From: a virus
Lineage: Duplodnaviria; Heunggongvirae; Uroviricota; Caudoviricetes
Strand: one strand, 5' to 3'
DNA length: 64,000 nt
Virus record (IMG/VR): IMGVR_UViG_2571042206_000004
Each line of letters starts with the position of its first letter. Position 1 is the first letter of the stretch. Below the pieces are notes generated by a model. That model was not told where the DNA came from and made no database searches. It saw only the letters and a program-made list of their open reading frames with translations. Below, piece after piece: positions 51,812-60,833 of this stretch. The translations under genes and the position numbers were made by a program.

Positions 51812-54012
51812 TTATGGAACCAAATTTATCTGCATTAGCTGACGACTTAGAAAAATTAATTGGCGACAACGAAGAAACGCAAACAGTGACTAACTGGCTT
51901 GATACTGGCGATCCAGAGTTAAACTTTGCGATTTCTGGACGCTATGACGGCGGTATTCCTTATGGTCGCATTGTTGAAATGTATGGTCCACCGTCATCAG
52001 GTAAAACCGCAGAGGCGACTGACTTAATGATTCGCGCCCAAGAAGCTGGCGGTATTGCCATGTTCTTTGACTGGGAACGTTCCTTTGATATTAACCTTGC
52101 GAAGAATCTAGGCTTAAAGACGGAGCGTCCATTCTGGATTTATAAAAAGCCTGAAACTTGGGAAGAAGGCAATGTTTTAGCAATGCGTGCAGTTGAGTTG
52201 ATCCGCAATTCAGCAACAATTCCAGACGATGCGCCAATCATTTGCGTGTTTGACTCGGTTGCATCGGCAATTCCTCAATCTGTTTACTATGACAATAAGG
52301 GCAAAAAGCGTGAAATCGACACATTCAATATGAGCGATAACACCGCTCTGGCTCGTGCTTCCAGTACGTCATTGAAAGTAATTGCTCAGACGGCTGAAAA
52401 GTACAATGCAACGTTCTTATATTTGAACCAACAGCGTACGAAAATTGGAGTGATGTTCGGTGATCCAACCTGTCTGAGAGCGGAAGTTCAGGTGCCATTC
52501 GTCGATGGTACGTCCGCAACCATGAAGCAAATTGTTGATGGCAAAATCAGCAAGGAAGTATGGTCTTGGAATGAAGTATCGGGTCAGCTTGAGCCAAAAC
52601 GCATCATCGGTTGGCACAACAATGGCTCAATCAAAGGAACTGACAAAGAGTGGTATCACATCCGCGCTGTATGTCCTGAAACGCGCAATGGCATGGTTGC
52701 GGTATCGGGCACAAATGATCACAAAGTCCAAGTGAAAGACAAAGGTTGGATTAATTTTAGCGACGTTCGTGTAGGCGACTATGTGATTACTCGCACCAAA
52801 CGCACCTTTGCAGGAACAGCGCTTGAGTTCTTAAAGGGGTTGATCGGTTTTGACAGTCACATGGCGCGCGTGTCGTCGCAACGTCAGACAGCCGCACTGA
52901 TCATTCAGGACAATGAAAACCCTGAATACGCACAGTGGAAGGTTGATCTGCTGTCACGCCACCTAAACTTCGTCAAGCGCGAAATCACTATTAGCAAGGG
53001 CAATAAAGGGCATCGCTACGAGTCCTGTTACACCCATGAGTTGATGAAGTTTTACGACTTGTGCCGCTGTCCTCACACACTGTTCAAAGATGGCTGGACA
53101 CCTATGCAATTAGCCATTGCAGTGATGGACGATGGTAATTACAAGGAGAGCAGCAAGACACTGAACCTGTCCTTTAAGCGACTGCGTGGCTGTGAGGATG
53201 AATTAGACGCAATCGGTCAATCGCTGTATCAATCATTTGGCTTAACTTATGATATTCGTTACGGTCAGGGTCGTATTGACTTTGATGTAAAAGGTACTGC
53301 CAAGATCGCTGAATTGATCGCTCAGTACGTGCCAGACTGTATGCAGTACAAGTTACCGATTGAGTATCGCGGACGCTATGTAGCGCTCGAATTAGACGCT
53401 CCTGTTGATGAATCAGTTGTGCATTATGCAGAAGTGACAGAAATGCGCTTGGGAAGTAAAAATAAAGGCTCGGTAATGTATGACATTACCGTTGAGGATA
53501 ATCACAACTTCTTGGCAGGCAATACGCACAACGGTTTCTTGGTGCATAACTGCACACCAGGCGGTTCTTCTTTTGAATATTACGCATCAGTACGAATTGC
53601 TCTTGGCCGTACCAAGTTAATGGAAACGGTCAACGGTAAAAAGCAGTTTGTGGGGCAGGATATTGCAACTAAAATTGTGAAAACCAAACTCACAAAACCG
53701 TTCCAAGAAACCACTATGCGTATGTGGTTTGACAAGAATGGCGTAGCGTTCTTTGACCGCCACTACAACTTAGTTGAGTTCTTAAAAGCTAAAGGCATTT
53801 TGAAACAGTCGGGCGCTTACATTGAATGGACTGACGGTAAGAAATATCACCTGAAATCGCTTTGCGACAAACTGAAAGCAGATCCAACCGGATTGCAGCA
53901 GCTCCGCGCATTAATCCCTAAGATTTCACCAAGCGCTGATGACATTGAGGTCACACCGTTGATGAGCAATGAAGATGAAATGGAAGCTTTGTACAGTGAC
54001 GATGCGTGTTAG
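51808..54012 (+). CDS. recA: RecA-like recombinase containing an intein
   Basis: G.PYGRIVE.YGPPSSGKT, DSVAS, NQ.R.KIGVMFGDP|intein|CTPGG...YASVR. Confidence 0.93.
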   Translation: MIMEPNLSALADDLEKLIGDNEETQTVTNWLDTGDPELNFAISGRYDGGIPYGRIVEMYGPPSSGKTAEATDLMIRAQEAGGIAMFFDWERSFDINLAKNLGLKTERPFWIYKKPETWEEGNVLAMRAVELIRNSATIPDDAPIICVFDSVASAIPQSVYYDNKGKKREIDTFNMSDNTALARASSTSLKVIAQTAEKYNATFLYLNQQRTKIGVMFGDPTCLRAEVQVPFVDGTSATMKQIVDGKISKEVWSWNEVSGQLEPKRIIGWHNNGSIKGTDKEWYHIRAVCPETRNGMVAVSGTNDHKVQVKDKGWINFSDVRVGDYVITRTKRTFAGTALEFLKGLIGFDSHMARVSSQRQTAALIIQDNENPEYAQWKVDLLSRHLNFVKREITISKGNKGHRYESCYTHELMKFYDLCRCPHTLFKDGWTPMQLAIAVMDDGNYKESSKTLNLSFKRLRGCEDELDAIGQSLYQSFGLTYDIRYGQGRIDFDVKGTAKIAELIAQYVPDCMQYKLPIEYRGRYVALELDAPVDESVVHYAEVTEMRLGSKNKGSVMYDITVEDNHNFLAGNTHNGFLVHNCTPGGSSFEYYASVRIALGRTKLMETVNGKKQFVGQDIATKIVKTKLTKPFQETTMRMWFDKNGVAFFDRHYNLVEFLKAKGILKQSGAYIEWTDGKKYHLKSLCDKLKADPTGLQQLRALIPKISPSADDIEVTPLMSNEDEMEALYSDDAC
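52471..53550 (+). mobile_element. 360 aa intein with LAGLIDADG endonuclease
   Basis: Starts CLRAE, block B TNDH, endonuclease blocks GLIGFDS and AVMDDG, ends DNHNF...VHN followed by Cys. Confidence 0.93.
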
Positions 54013-54099
54013 TAATTGCCGCAATTAACTGATTAACAGCTAACAAATACGCCTCTATACTTTTGGTTCAACCTATAAGTATAGAGGCAGTTAGCCATC

Positions 54100-54459
54100 A
54101 TGAAACATGAATATGCATTAGATTTCGCACCACCTTTTGTGGGATTAGATAACGAACTTTATAACACCTTCAGATTGGGTACTTCATGGTCCAAACGGTT
54201 GGCCAAAGGCGATGAAGTTTATATCCAATCATCAAAAGATAAACTGATATTCAGCAAAGCATGTGTAGAGGATGTGATTGTCGGTCAAATTGGAGAGCTG
54301 ATGCTACTCCACGCACACAACAATCATAACGAGTTAGGGCAAGACGACGGACGCAGCGCAGAGCGTTTATACAAGACCATGCAAAAGATGTATGGACCGC
54401 AAGTCCTCAACTCACCACGTAAAAAAGCGACTGTTATTTATTTGAGGAAAATTGAATGA
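54100..54459 (+). CDS. ASCH/PUA-like domain protein
   Basis: NTFRLG......GDEV.......IF.KA.VEDV pattern. Confidence 0.5.
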   Translation: MKHEYALDFAPPFVGLDNELYNTFRLGTSWSKRLAKGDEVYIQSSKDKLIFSKACVEDVIVGQIGELMLLHAHNNHNELGQDDGRSAERLYKTMQKMYGPQVLNSPRKKATVIYLRKIE

Positions 54460-54917
54460 GTTCCAAAAATATATTTAAACTAAATTCACTCCTTCCGGGT
54501 AAATACCAAGAGAACCCTCTTTTTAAAGATAAAACCATTGAGCAAATTCTGGAGGAAAACCACCCTACCGCTATCATTGAATTAATACGTTTTCGAGATA
54601 ATACAATCAAGAATAGAATTAAATGTGGTTTAGCTACAGATCAAGCTGTAAATGCATTTCATAAAGAAGTGCATATGTGTCTTGATCTGTACATCTATAC
54701 AAATTACGACTCCTTAAAGAGATATTACATTCGATTCAAAAAAGACCGCTTAAAACTCGAATTACATGAATATAACGCTAAAAAGAAACAAGAAGATCGT
54801 GAAAAGAAAATGGCTGTAGAGATTGAACGTAGATTGGCTCAAGAAAAGGAACTGCAAGAACAGCTTCGTATTCAGGAACGACAAAAATTCTATGGGGATG
54901 TGCTGGGGTCTTGGTAA
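54456..54917 (+). CDS. Hypothetical protein ending in YGDVLGSW
   Basis: ATGA-coupled ORF with a charged helix and C-terminal Trp. Confidence 0.65.
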   Translation: MSSKNIFKLNSLLPGKYQENPLFKDKTIEQILEENHPTAIIELIRFRDNTIKNRIKCGLATDQAVNAFHKEVHMCLDLYIYTNYDSLKRYYIRFKKDRLKLELHEYNAKKKQEDREKKMAVEIERRLAQEKELQEQLRIQERQKFYGDVLGSW

Positions 54918-55297
54918 TGGTCATTGAACGTCAACCGCATACAGTGAATGGCAAAAGAATTGGTACGTTTTACAGCGTCGATGGCAAATACGTGATGTAT
55001 TTGCTTTTGGCGCGTGGTGAGAAGACGAAACTGCTGGATATAAAAAACAGTTCTTGGCGAATGCCCTCTATGGCTCTAATGGAAGCAAAGCGCAGAGGCT
55101 GTAAATATATTGGCGTTACACATCGGATGGGCAAGAAGTTTTTATATTACATAGCCAGATCCGCAGACTGGTACGGTGAACATTCCGCTCCTTCTAGCTT
55201 TAGAGGGGAATTTCAACGGACGCTTCGCACTGAAGCCTTCCTTTTCAATTCAACCCACACTACAAAATATATTGCAAAATCAATCAAAATTCGCTAA
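54911..55297 (+). CDS. Hypothetical basic protein
   Basis: 128 aa ORF overlapping the upstream stop. Confidence 0.65.
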   Translation: MVMVIERQPHTVNGKRIGTFYSVDGKYVMYLLLARGEKTKLLDIKNSSWRMPSMALMEAKRRGCKYIGVTHRMGKKFLYYIARSADWYGEHSAPSSFRGEFQRTLRTEAFLFNSTHTTKYIAKSIKIR

Positions 55298-55314
55298 AAA
55301 TCCTATTGATTATT

Positions 55315-55328
55315 AGTAAGCCCTTACT
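55315..55328. promoter_or_regulatory. 14 bp operator, AGTAA subtype
   Basis: AGTAAGCCCTTACT. Confidence 0.75.
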
Positions 55329-55384
55329 TATTTATCTACAATTGACGTACAGTATCTTTAAGTATCTACTTCTTTGGAGCTACT

Positions 55385-55606
55385 ATGCGTCAATTGTCTA
55401 AAAACAAGGTTATTAATAAATTAGCGAACGAACTCATAGATCAATACGGCTGGACATTAAGACCAAAGCGTAATAGTCCCCATAACGTAATAGTAGATCC
55501 GAATACACATTACTCATACCCAATACCACACTCCCCTTCATGCTGGAGAGCGGAGAAAAACTGGGTGGCTGGCATTCGTAAAATCATGCGTGGGGTTCGT
55601 CCGTAA
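55385..55606 (+). CDS. HicA-like small protein
   Basis: GW......SPH....P.....IP.SPS.WR..KN....IRK fits the HicA dsRBD-like pattern. Confidence 0.55.
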   Translation: MRQLSKNKVINKLANELIDQYGWTLRPKRNSPHNVIVDPNTHYSYPIPHSPSCWRAEKNWVAGIRKIMRGVRP

Positions 55607-55611
55607 TTATT

Positions 55612-55625
55612 AATAAGCGCTTATT
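55612..55625. promoter_or_regulatory. 14 bp operator variant (perfect palindrome)
   Basis: AATAAGCGCTTATT, just before the sbcD RBS. Confidence 0.7.
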
Positions 55626-55639
55626 ATTAAAGGTATCTT

Positions 55640-56755
55640 ATGAGCAATTTTCCATACGCTGTCATATCCGACACACATAACCACAACTGGTCCGCATTTA
55701 GCGAAACAACACCAGAAAATGTAAACAGTCGCCTTCAAATCATTCTGAATGAAACGATGCGAGCGGCAGAAGAAGTCAAGGCAATGGGTGGAACGCACCT
55801 GTATCACACTGGAGATTTATTCCATGTGCGCGGTTCAATTAGTCCTTCAGTATTAAATCCCACTATTGCCACTTACAAGGTAATTCAACAACTGCTGGGA
55901 ATCAAAGTTCGCATTCTTGCAGGCAACCACGATTTAGAGTTTCGCGAAGCCAACCGTAATGGTTCGGCTGTTACAGCTTTAGAAGGCATTGGCTGCGAAA
56001 TTATCAACGAGACGTCTTTGTTTTTAGATGAACGCGTTGCCATGATTCCGTGGTTCCAAGATGTCAACGAACTAAAAAGTGAAATTGAAAGAGTAAAACT
56101 TCAAATCAACTCTATGCCTTCTCGTTCACCATTACGAACAATTGAAACCGTAAGCGATTGGACCTTAATGATTCACGCACCTGTAGATGGTGTAATTGCT
56201 GGCATTCCGTCGCATGGTTTAAGTGCCACATGGTTAGGTTCACAAGGCTTTAAACGAGTATTTGCAGGTCACTACCATCATCACAAAGATTTTGGCAACG
56301 GCGTTTACTCAGTTGGGGCGCTTACGCACAACAGTTGGTCGGATGTTAATTCCGATGCCGGTTTTCTACTGGTGAACGATTCAAAGGTTACTTGGCGATG
56401 CTCTCATGCTCCGCAATTTGTCGAGATTGATGGAAGCATGAGCGAAGTCGATATGGCACTCAAGGCTTCTGGTAACTACGTTCGCTGTACGGTCAATTCA
56501 AGCGCAAAGCAATCTGACATTGAAACAATCCGTCAATTTCTCATGGATAACAATGCAAAAGGCGTTGTGATTCTGTCCCAAAAGAAAATCGTAGAAGTTG
56601 AACGCGAGGAAGTGAGTTCGATCAAGGCAGGTGCTTCTCTCGAAGTGTCCATCAATGATTTCGTGAACAAAATGGGTATTGGGAGCAAGGCAGACGACCT
56701 TTCCAAATTATGTCTCTCAATCTTAGAAAAGGCACGCATGGAGGTCGTTGAATAA
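55640..56755 (+). CDS. sbcD: SbcD/Mre11-like nuclease
   Basis: SDTH, GDLFH, GNHD, GHYH phosphoesterase motifs. Confidence 0.88.
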   Translation: MSNFPYAVISDTHNHNWSAFSETTPENVNSRLQIILNETMRAAEEVKAMGGTHLYHTGDLFHVRGSISPSVLNPTIATYKVIQQLLGIKVRILAGNHDLEFREANRNGSAVTALEGIGCEIINETSLFLDERVAMIPWFQDVNELKSEIERVKLQINSMPSRSPLRTIETVSDWTLMIHAPVDGVIAGIPSHGLSATWLGSQGFKRVFAGHYHHHKDFGNGVYSVGALTHNSWSDVNSDAGFLLVNDSKVTWRCSHAPQFVEIDGSMSEVDMALKASGNYVRCTVNSSAKQSDIETIRQFLMDNNAKGVVILSQKKIVEVEREEVSSIKAGASLEVSINDFVNKMGIGSKADDLSKLCLSILEKARMEVVE

Positions 56756-58695
56756 TGAAAATTCTAAAAGCCACTTTCCAGAATTTCTTAACCCTTTCAG
56801 AAGCTTGTTTGGAGCTTGATGATCGCGGTTTATTGTTAATTACAGGCAAGAATGATGACGATACATCAGCAAATTCAAATGGCGCTGGTAAATCATCACT
56901 GGTCGACGGTATCTGCTGGGCGTTATACGGTACGACGGCGCGTGATGTTACAGGGGATGACGTTGTAAATGAAACAGCCAAAAAAGACTGCTGTGTATCT
57001 TTACAGATCGAAGATGATGGCAAGCTTTACAACATTACTCGTTATCGCAAAAGCAAAAAATTCAAGAATGCATTAATTGTCTCAAGCGTTGATAAAGCTG
57101 GCGTTGAAACCAACCTGACCAAAGGGACCGACAAGGAAACTCAGCTTCTCGTGAATGCCATTGTCGGATGCTCAGCAGACGTATTCACATCAGCCGTCTA
57201 TGCAGGGCAAGAACGAATGCCTGACCTTCCATCGATGACAGATAAGACCTTAAAAATGTTAATCGAGGAAGCTGCTGGGATTGAAGTGCTAGAAGCAGCT
57301 CATGCCATTGCTCGAAAAAACTTGAACGAAGCCAAGCTTGAGCATAGCGAAGCGCTGCATAAGGTTAGTTTGATTGACGCTCACATTGCCAATGTTGAGG
57401 CATCTCTGCTTACGGTCGAGAAACAGTCTTTAGATTTTGAAATTACCAAAAAAGACCGAGCCAAAGAGCATCTTAAACTTTGCTTACCGCATCTTGCGAC
57501 CATTCGTGAATGTGAGGCTCAGCTCGACCTAGAATCCCCTGCCAAAGAAATTGAACAAATCAACGAGCAAATTGAACAGTTAAAGGAAATCCAGAAACAG
57601 CACACAGCCAAAAGCCTTGAGCTTCGCAAAATTTACGTGGACTTCAATGCACGCGTCCATTTGGCCAAAGTCGAAAAACAGAACATCGAAAAGTTAAAAG
57701 CTGAAATTGCTAACTCTCAATCACTAGTGGGAACGCCGTGCAATGAATGTGGCAAGCAATATTGTGCAGAAGATTTGCATGACGCCATTCAGGCCCGCGA
57801 AACACTGGTTAAAAGCAAAATTAAACAAAACAATGAAATCATCCTGAAAGCTAGGGAGATTGATGAACAAAGGAAAAATCTTGAGGCTGAGATTTCAGAG
57901 CTTGAGGATCAGTTAAAGCAGTTACCGACTCTTCAAGCGAAACTGGAAAAACTAAAACAGGATGCACAAGCCCAGTCATTAGCGGAAGAACGCAAGAAAA
58001 TCGCAGAAGAGGCTGTGGCGCGCATCAAGGCGGAATCTCGCGAGAAGCTTAATGAAGTCAGTCCATTTGTCGCTCAGTTAAAAGACTTGAATGACAAAAA
58101 GGTTAAATACCTTAAAGCCAGAGAAGACAAGCAGAAAGCCGCAGATTCAGCACTTGAGAAAGTTGAGCTTGCAAATATGGCGGTGAATATTTTCGGTCCT
58201 GCTGGTGTACGCGCTCACATTCTCGATACCGTCACTCCATTCCTGAATAGCCGCACATCCGAATACTTGGGCGCATTGTCTGACGGCAACATTCATGCAA
58301 CTTGGTCAACGCTATCTGCTACGGCCAAAGGTGAGCTGAAGGAGAAATTCAGCATCACGGTTGCAAATGATTCAGGCGGTTCTTCATTCAAGAAATTATC
58401 AGGCGGAGAAAAACGTAAGGTTCGTCTGGCTACAGCTCTTGCCCTTCAAGATTTAGTGATGAGCCGTGCAACCAAGCCAATCAATCTATGGATTGCCGAT
58501 GAAATTGATTATGCGCTCGATGAAAGTGGATTAGAACGACTTATGGTCGTGCTGGACAGAAAGGCTCGTGAGCGCGGAACAGTGCTGATCATTTCTCATC
58601 AGAGCGGGTTAAAGGACTGGGTAGATTTGGTCATCGAAGTGACCAAGAAAGAAGGTACTTCAACGGTTTCAGGAGACAACCTCAAGGCAGCATAA
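56755..58695 (+). CDS. sbcC: SbcC/Rad50-like ATPase
   Basis: NGAGKSS, CNEC zinc hook, LSGGE, IADE. Confidence 0.92.
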   Translation: MKILKATFQNFLTLSEACLELDDRGLLLITGKNDDDTSANSNGAGKSSLVDGICWALYGTTARDVTGDDVVNETAKKDCCVSLQIEDDGKLYNITRYRKSKKFKNALIVSSVDKAGVETNLTKGTDKETQLLVNAIVGCSADVFTSAVYAGQERMPDLPSMTDKTLKMLIEEAAGIEVLEAAHAIARKNLNEAKLEHSEALHKVSLIDAHIANVEASLLTVEKQSLDFEITKKDRAKEHLKLCLPHLATIRECEAQLDLESPAKEIEQINEQIEQLKEIQKQHTAKSLELRKIYVDFNARVHLAKVEKQNIEKLKAEIANSQSLVGTPCNECGKQYCAEDLHDAIQARETLVKSKIKQNNEIILKAREIDEQRKNLEAEISELEDQLKQLPTLQAKLEKLKQDAQAQSLAEERKKIAEEAVARIKAESREKLNEVSPFVAQLKDLNDKKVKYLKAREDKQKAADSALEKVELANMAVNIFGPAGVRAHILDTVTPFLNSRTSEYLGALSDGNIHATWSTLSATAKGELKEKFSITVANDSGGSSFKKLSGGEKRKVRLATALALQDLVMSRATKPINLWIADEIDYALDESGLERLMVVLDRKARERGTVLIISHQSGLKDWVDLVIEVTKKEGTSTVSGDNLKAA

Positions 58696-58700
58696 GGCAT

Positions 58701-58742
58701 AAAGCGCTAGAAGCTACAAATACGTAGTTTTTAGCGCCTTTT
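58701..58742 (+). terminator. Hairpin/terminator after sbcC
   Basis: AAAGCGCTAGAAGCTAC-AAATAC-GTAGTTTTTAGCGCCTT with G-U pairs. Confidence 0.5.
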
Positions 58743-58787
58743 CATAGTCAAACGTACATTTGAGTCATTTAATTCAAGAGGCGCAAC

Positions 58788-59624
58788 ATGACGCAAAAAG
58801 ATGAGCAATTAGATGCATTCGAGCAAATGCTTGAGAGTGAATTTTCAGATGAAGATTTGCAAATGCTGGAAGATTCCATCGAAGAAGAAATCAGACAAGA
58901 CGCTTTGCTGAAGGAGGAAATGGAAGGCGAGATTTTTGTCGTCCTCAACGAGTTTGCTGAACAAGCCGAACATTACATCAAAGAGATTTATGACAAGGTA
59001 AAAATTACACGCGAAATCGACTCTACGGGCAACAGACACAGTAATTTCATGCATTACATTTCTGATGCCCTATCAGCAGAGACGGATCCATATAACCTGA
59101 TTTTTTCAGTTCCTCGACCGATGATCTTTGACGGTGAGCGCGTCCTTAATTCGCACAGCGCTTATTTCAAAGATCATGTGCCCATGACGGCAATAGGCGG
59201 GGAAAATATGCTGTTGTGGGATTTACGGGTCAATGCCGACAACAATGCGTTAATCATCAGATTTTTAGCTGAACCAAATGTATATGCGCCAACAGCTACC
59301 GTGCAACTCGATTTAACGGATAGGAACATTACCCATCATTTTTTAGACCCGCTACCGCAAACACAATCAAATAATTCAGCCAACGTTCAGCGTGCAGTCT
59401 TGGAATTCCTAGTCCGGTTCTTTTCCTATCGAGAAACCGAAGATGATTACATCCTAGATTCGGAAGATTACCAGGAACTAATTCTGCGGAAGATTGATAC
59501 GGACTCCAATGATCTCGTCAATGCCATCGTGTCAATTAACCTGATCATGGACAAATACGCCGAGATAAAACGCAGAGAGGAATTTAAAAGAGCGTATGCA
59601 AACCGTGGTATTGAATCATGGTAA
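58788..59624 (+). CDS. Hypothetical protein with acidic N-terminus and C-terminal Trp
   Basis: 278 aa ORF with GAGG RBS. Confidence 0.7.
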   Translation: MTQKDEQLDAFEQMLESEFSDEDLQMLEDSIEEEIRQDALLKEEMEGEIFVVLNEFAEQAEHYIKEIYDKVKITREIDSTGNRHSNFMHYISDALSAETDPYNLIFSVPRPMIFDGERVLNSHSAYFKDHVPMTAIGGENMLLWDLRVNADNNALIIRFLAEPNVYAPTATVQLDLTDRNITHHFLDPLPQTQSNNSANVQRAVLEFLVRFFSYRETEDDYILDSEDYQELILRKIDTDSNDLVNAIVSINLIMDKYAEIKRREEFKRAYANRGIESW

Positions 59625-59755
59625 GCCGCAACTTGGGTGACATGGGTAATTCCGTCACTAACGAATATATAAATATCTTTAACCGAGAATATTTTAATTA
59701 TTTATTTAATTAATTTATTCGAAAACGTCGGAACATATCAGACTTGGGAGTTTGT

Positions 59756-60358
59756 ATGAAAATTAAAGCCATCGGAATCGATCCATCTTTAAGAAACTTC
59801 GGATTAGTCGTTGCTGAAATCGACATTTCAAACGATGACTATCCTTTCGAAATTAAGGACATGATGTTGGCCCAAACCGAAAGCAGCAAGGAAACCAAAA
59901 AGACTGTACGTAAGAACTCGGATGATCTAAGACGTGCCAAAATCCTGCATGACGGCATGATGCATATGATCAACAAACATAAGGTGACATTTGCTTTCGT
60001 AGAGATACCAACTGGATCACAAACCGCAAGAGCCATGTCTTCTTATGGAATTTGCATCGGTATTTTGTCAGCTTGTCCAGTGCCGATGATTCAATTAACC
60101 CCGTTTGAAGTAAAACTCGCCGGTACGGGCATTAAAACAGCCACCAAGCACGAAATGATTGAAGCTGCCTTTACAGAACATCCAGAAGCCAAGTGGCTAA
60201 TGCACAAGCGAAATGGGGAAATGGTATTGAAAGAAAGTAATGAGCATTTGGCTGACGCGACATTTGCGATCAAGGCTGGCATTAATACCGATGAATTTAG
60301 ATTTTCTGCTGGCATGATGCGGAATGCATTTTTAGCTACTCGTGCAGAAAAAATTTAA
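59756..60358 (+). CDS. RuvC-like Holliday junction resolvase
   Basis: IGIDPSL.NFG, FVE.P, K...G...ATK..M, NEH.ADA. Confidence 0.85.
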   Translation: MKIKAIGIDPSLRNFGLVVAEIDISNDDYPFEIKDMMLAQTESSKETKKTVRKNSDDLRRAKILHDGMMHMINKHKVTFAFVEIPTGSQTARAMSSYGICIGILSACPVPMIQLTPFEVKLAGTGIKTATKHEMIEAAFTEHPEAKWLMHKRNGEMVLKESNEHLADATFAIKAGINTDEFRFSAGMMRNAFLATRAEKI

Positions 60359-60376
60359 ATTTTGCATTTAATTATT

Positions 60377-60415
60377 AGTAAGCGCTTACTATAATTGCAT
60401 GAGTAAGCGCTTATG
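60377..60415. promoter_or_regulatory. Tandem 14 bp operators flanking a -10 box
   Basis: AGTAAGCGCTTACT (60377-60390), TATAAT (60390-60395), AGTAAGCGCTTATG (60402-60415). Confidence 0.8.
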
Positions 60416-60431
60416 ATCTTTCGAGGTTCAC

Positions 60432-60812
60432 ATGAGCAAAGATTTTTCTAGTTTAGAGGGGATGGCGAGAGCTACGAAGGAAGCAATGCAGGGCATAAAC
60501 TGGAACAAGGTTGCTGAACATGCTCGCCGAATTAATACCGAAATACAGCGTGAACAATTCAAAGACTCATCGCGCGAAGATATTTTGCTAACTATCAGAA
60601 AAGCCGCAGAGAAAGCGAGGATAGAAGCAGAGATCAACAAGGTGGCTGACGCAATGAAGAAGCGTGTAATCAATAAGTTTTATGCAAATGAATACACTGA
60701 TCACTCAGACATTGCGAAAAAACCACAAGCAAAGCAAGACACGAATTTAGAACCAAAAGAAGAGAAATCTTCTAAACCAAAAACCCCACTAAACGGCATC
60801 GTTGAGTGGTAA
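60432..60812 (+). CDS. Hypothetical protein ending in NGIVEW
   Basis: 126 aa ORF with GAGG RBS. Confidence 0.65.
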   Translation: MSKDFSSLEGMARATKEAMQGINWNKVAEHARRINTEIQREQFKDSSREDILLTIRKAAEKARIEAEINKVADAMKKRVINKFYANEYTDHSDIAKKPQAKQDTNLEPKEEKSSKPKTPLNGIVEW

Positions 60813-60833
60813 TTCACTAACTAAGGAAACGAT

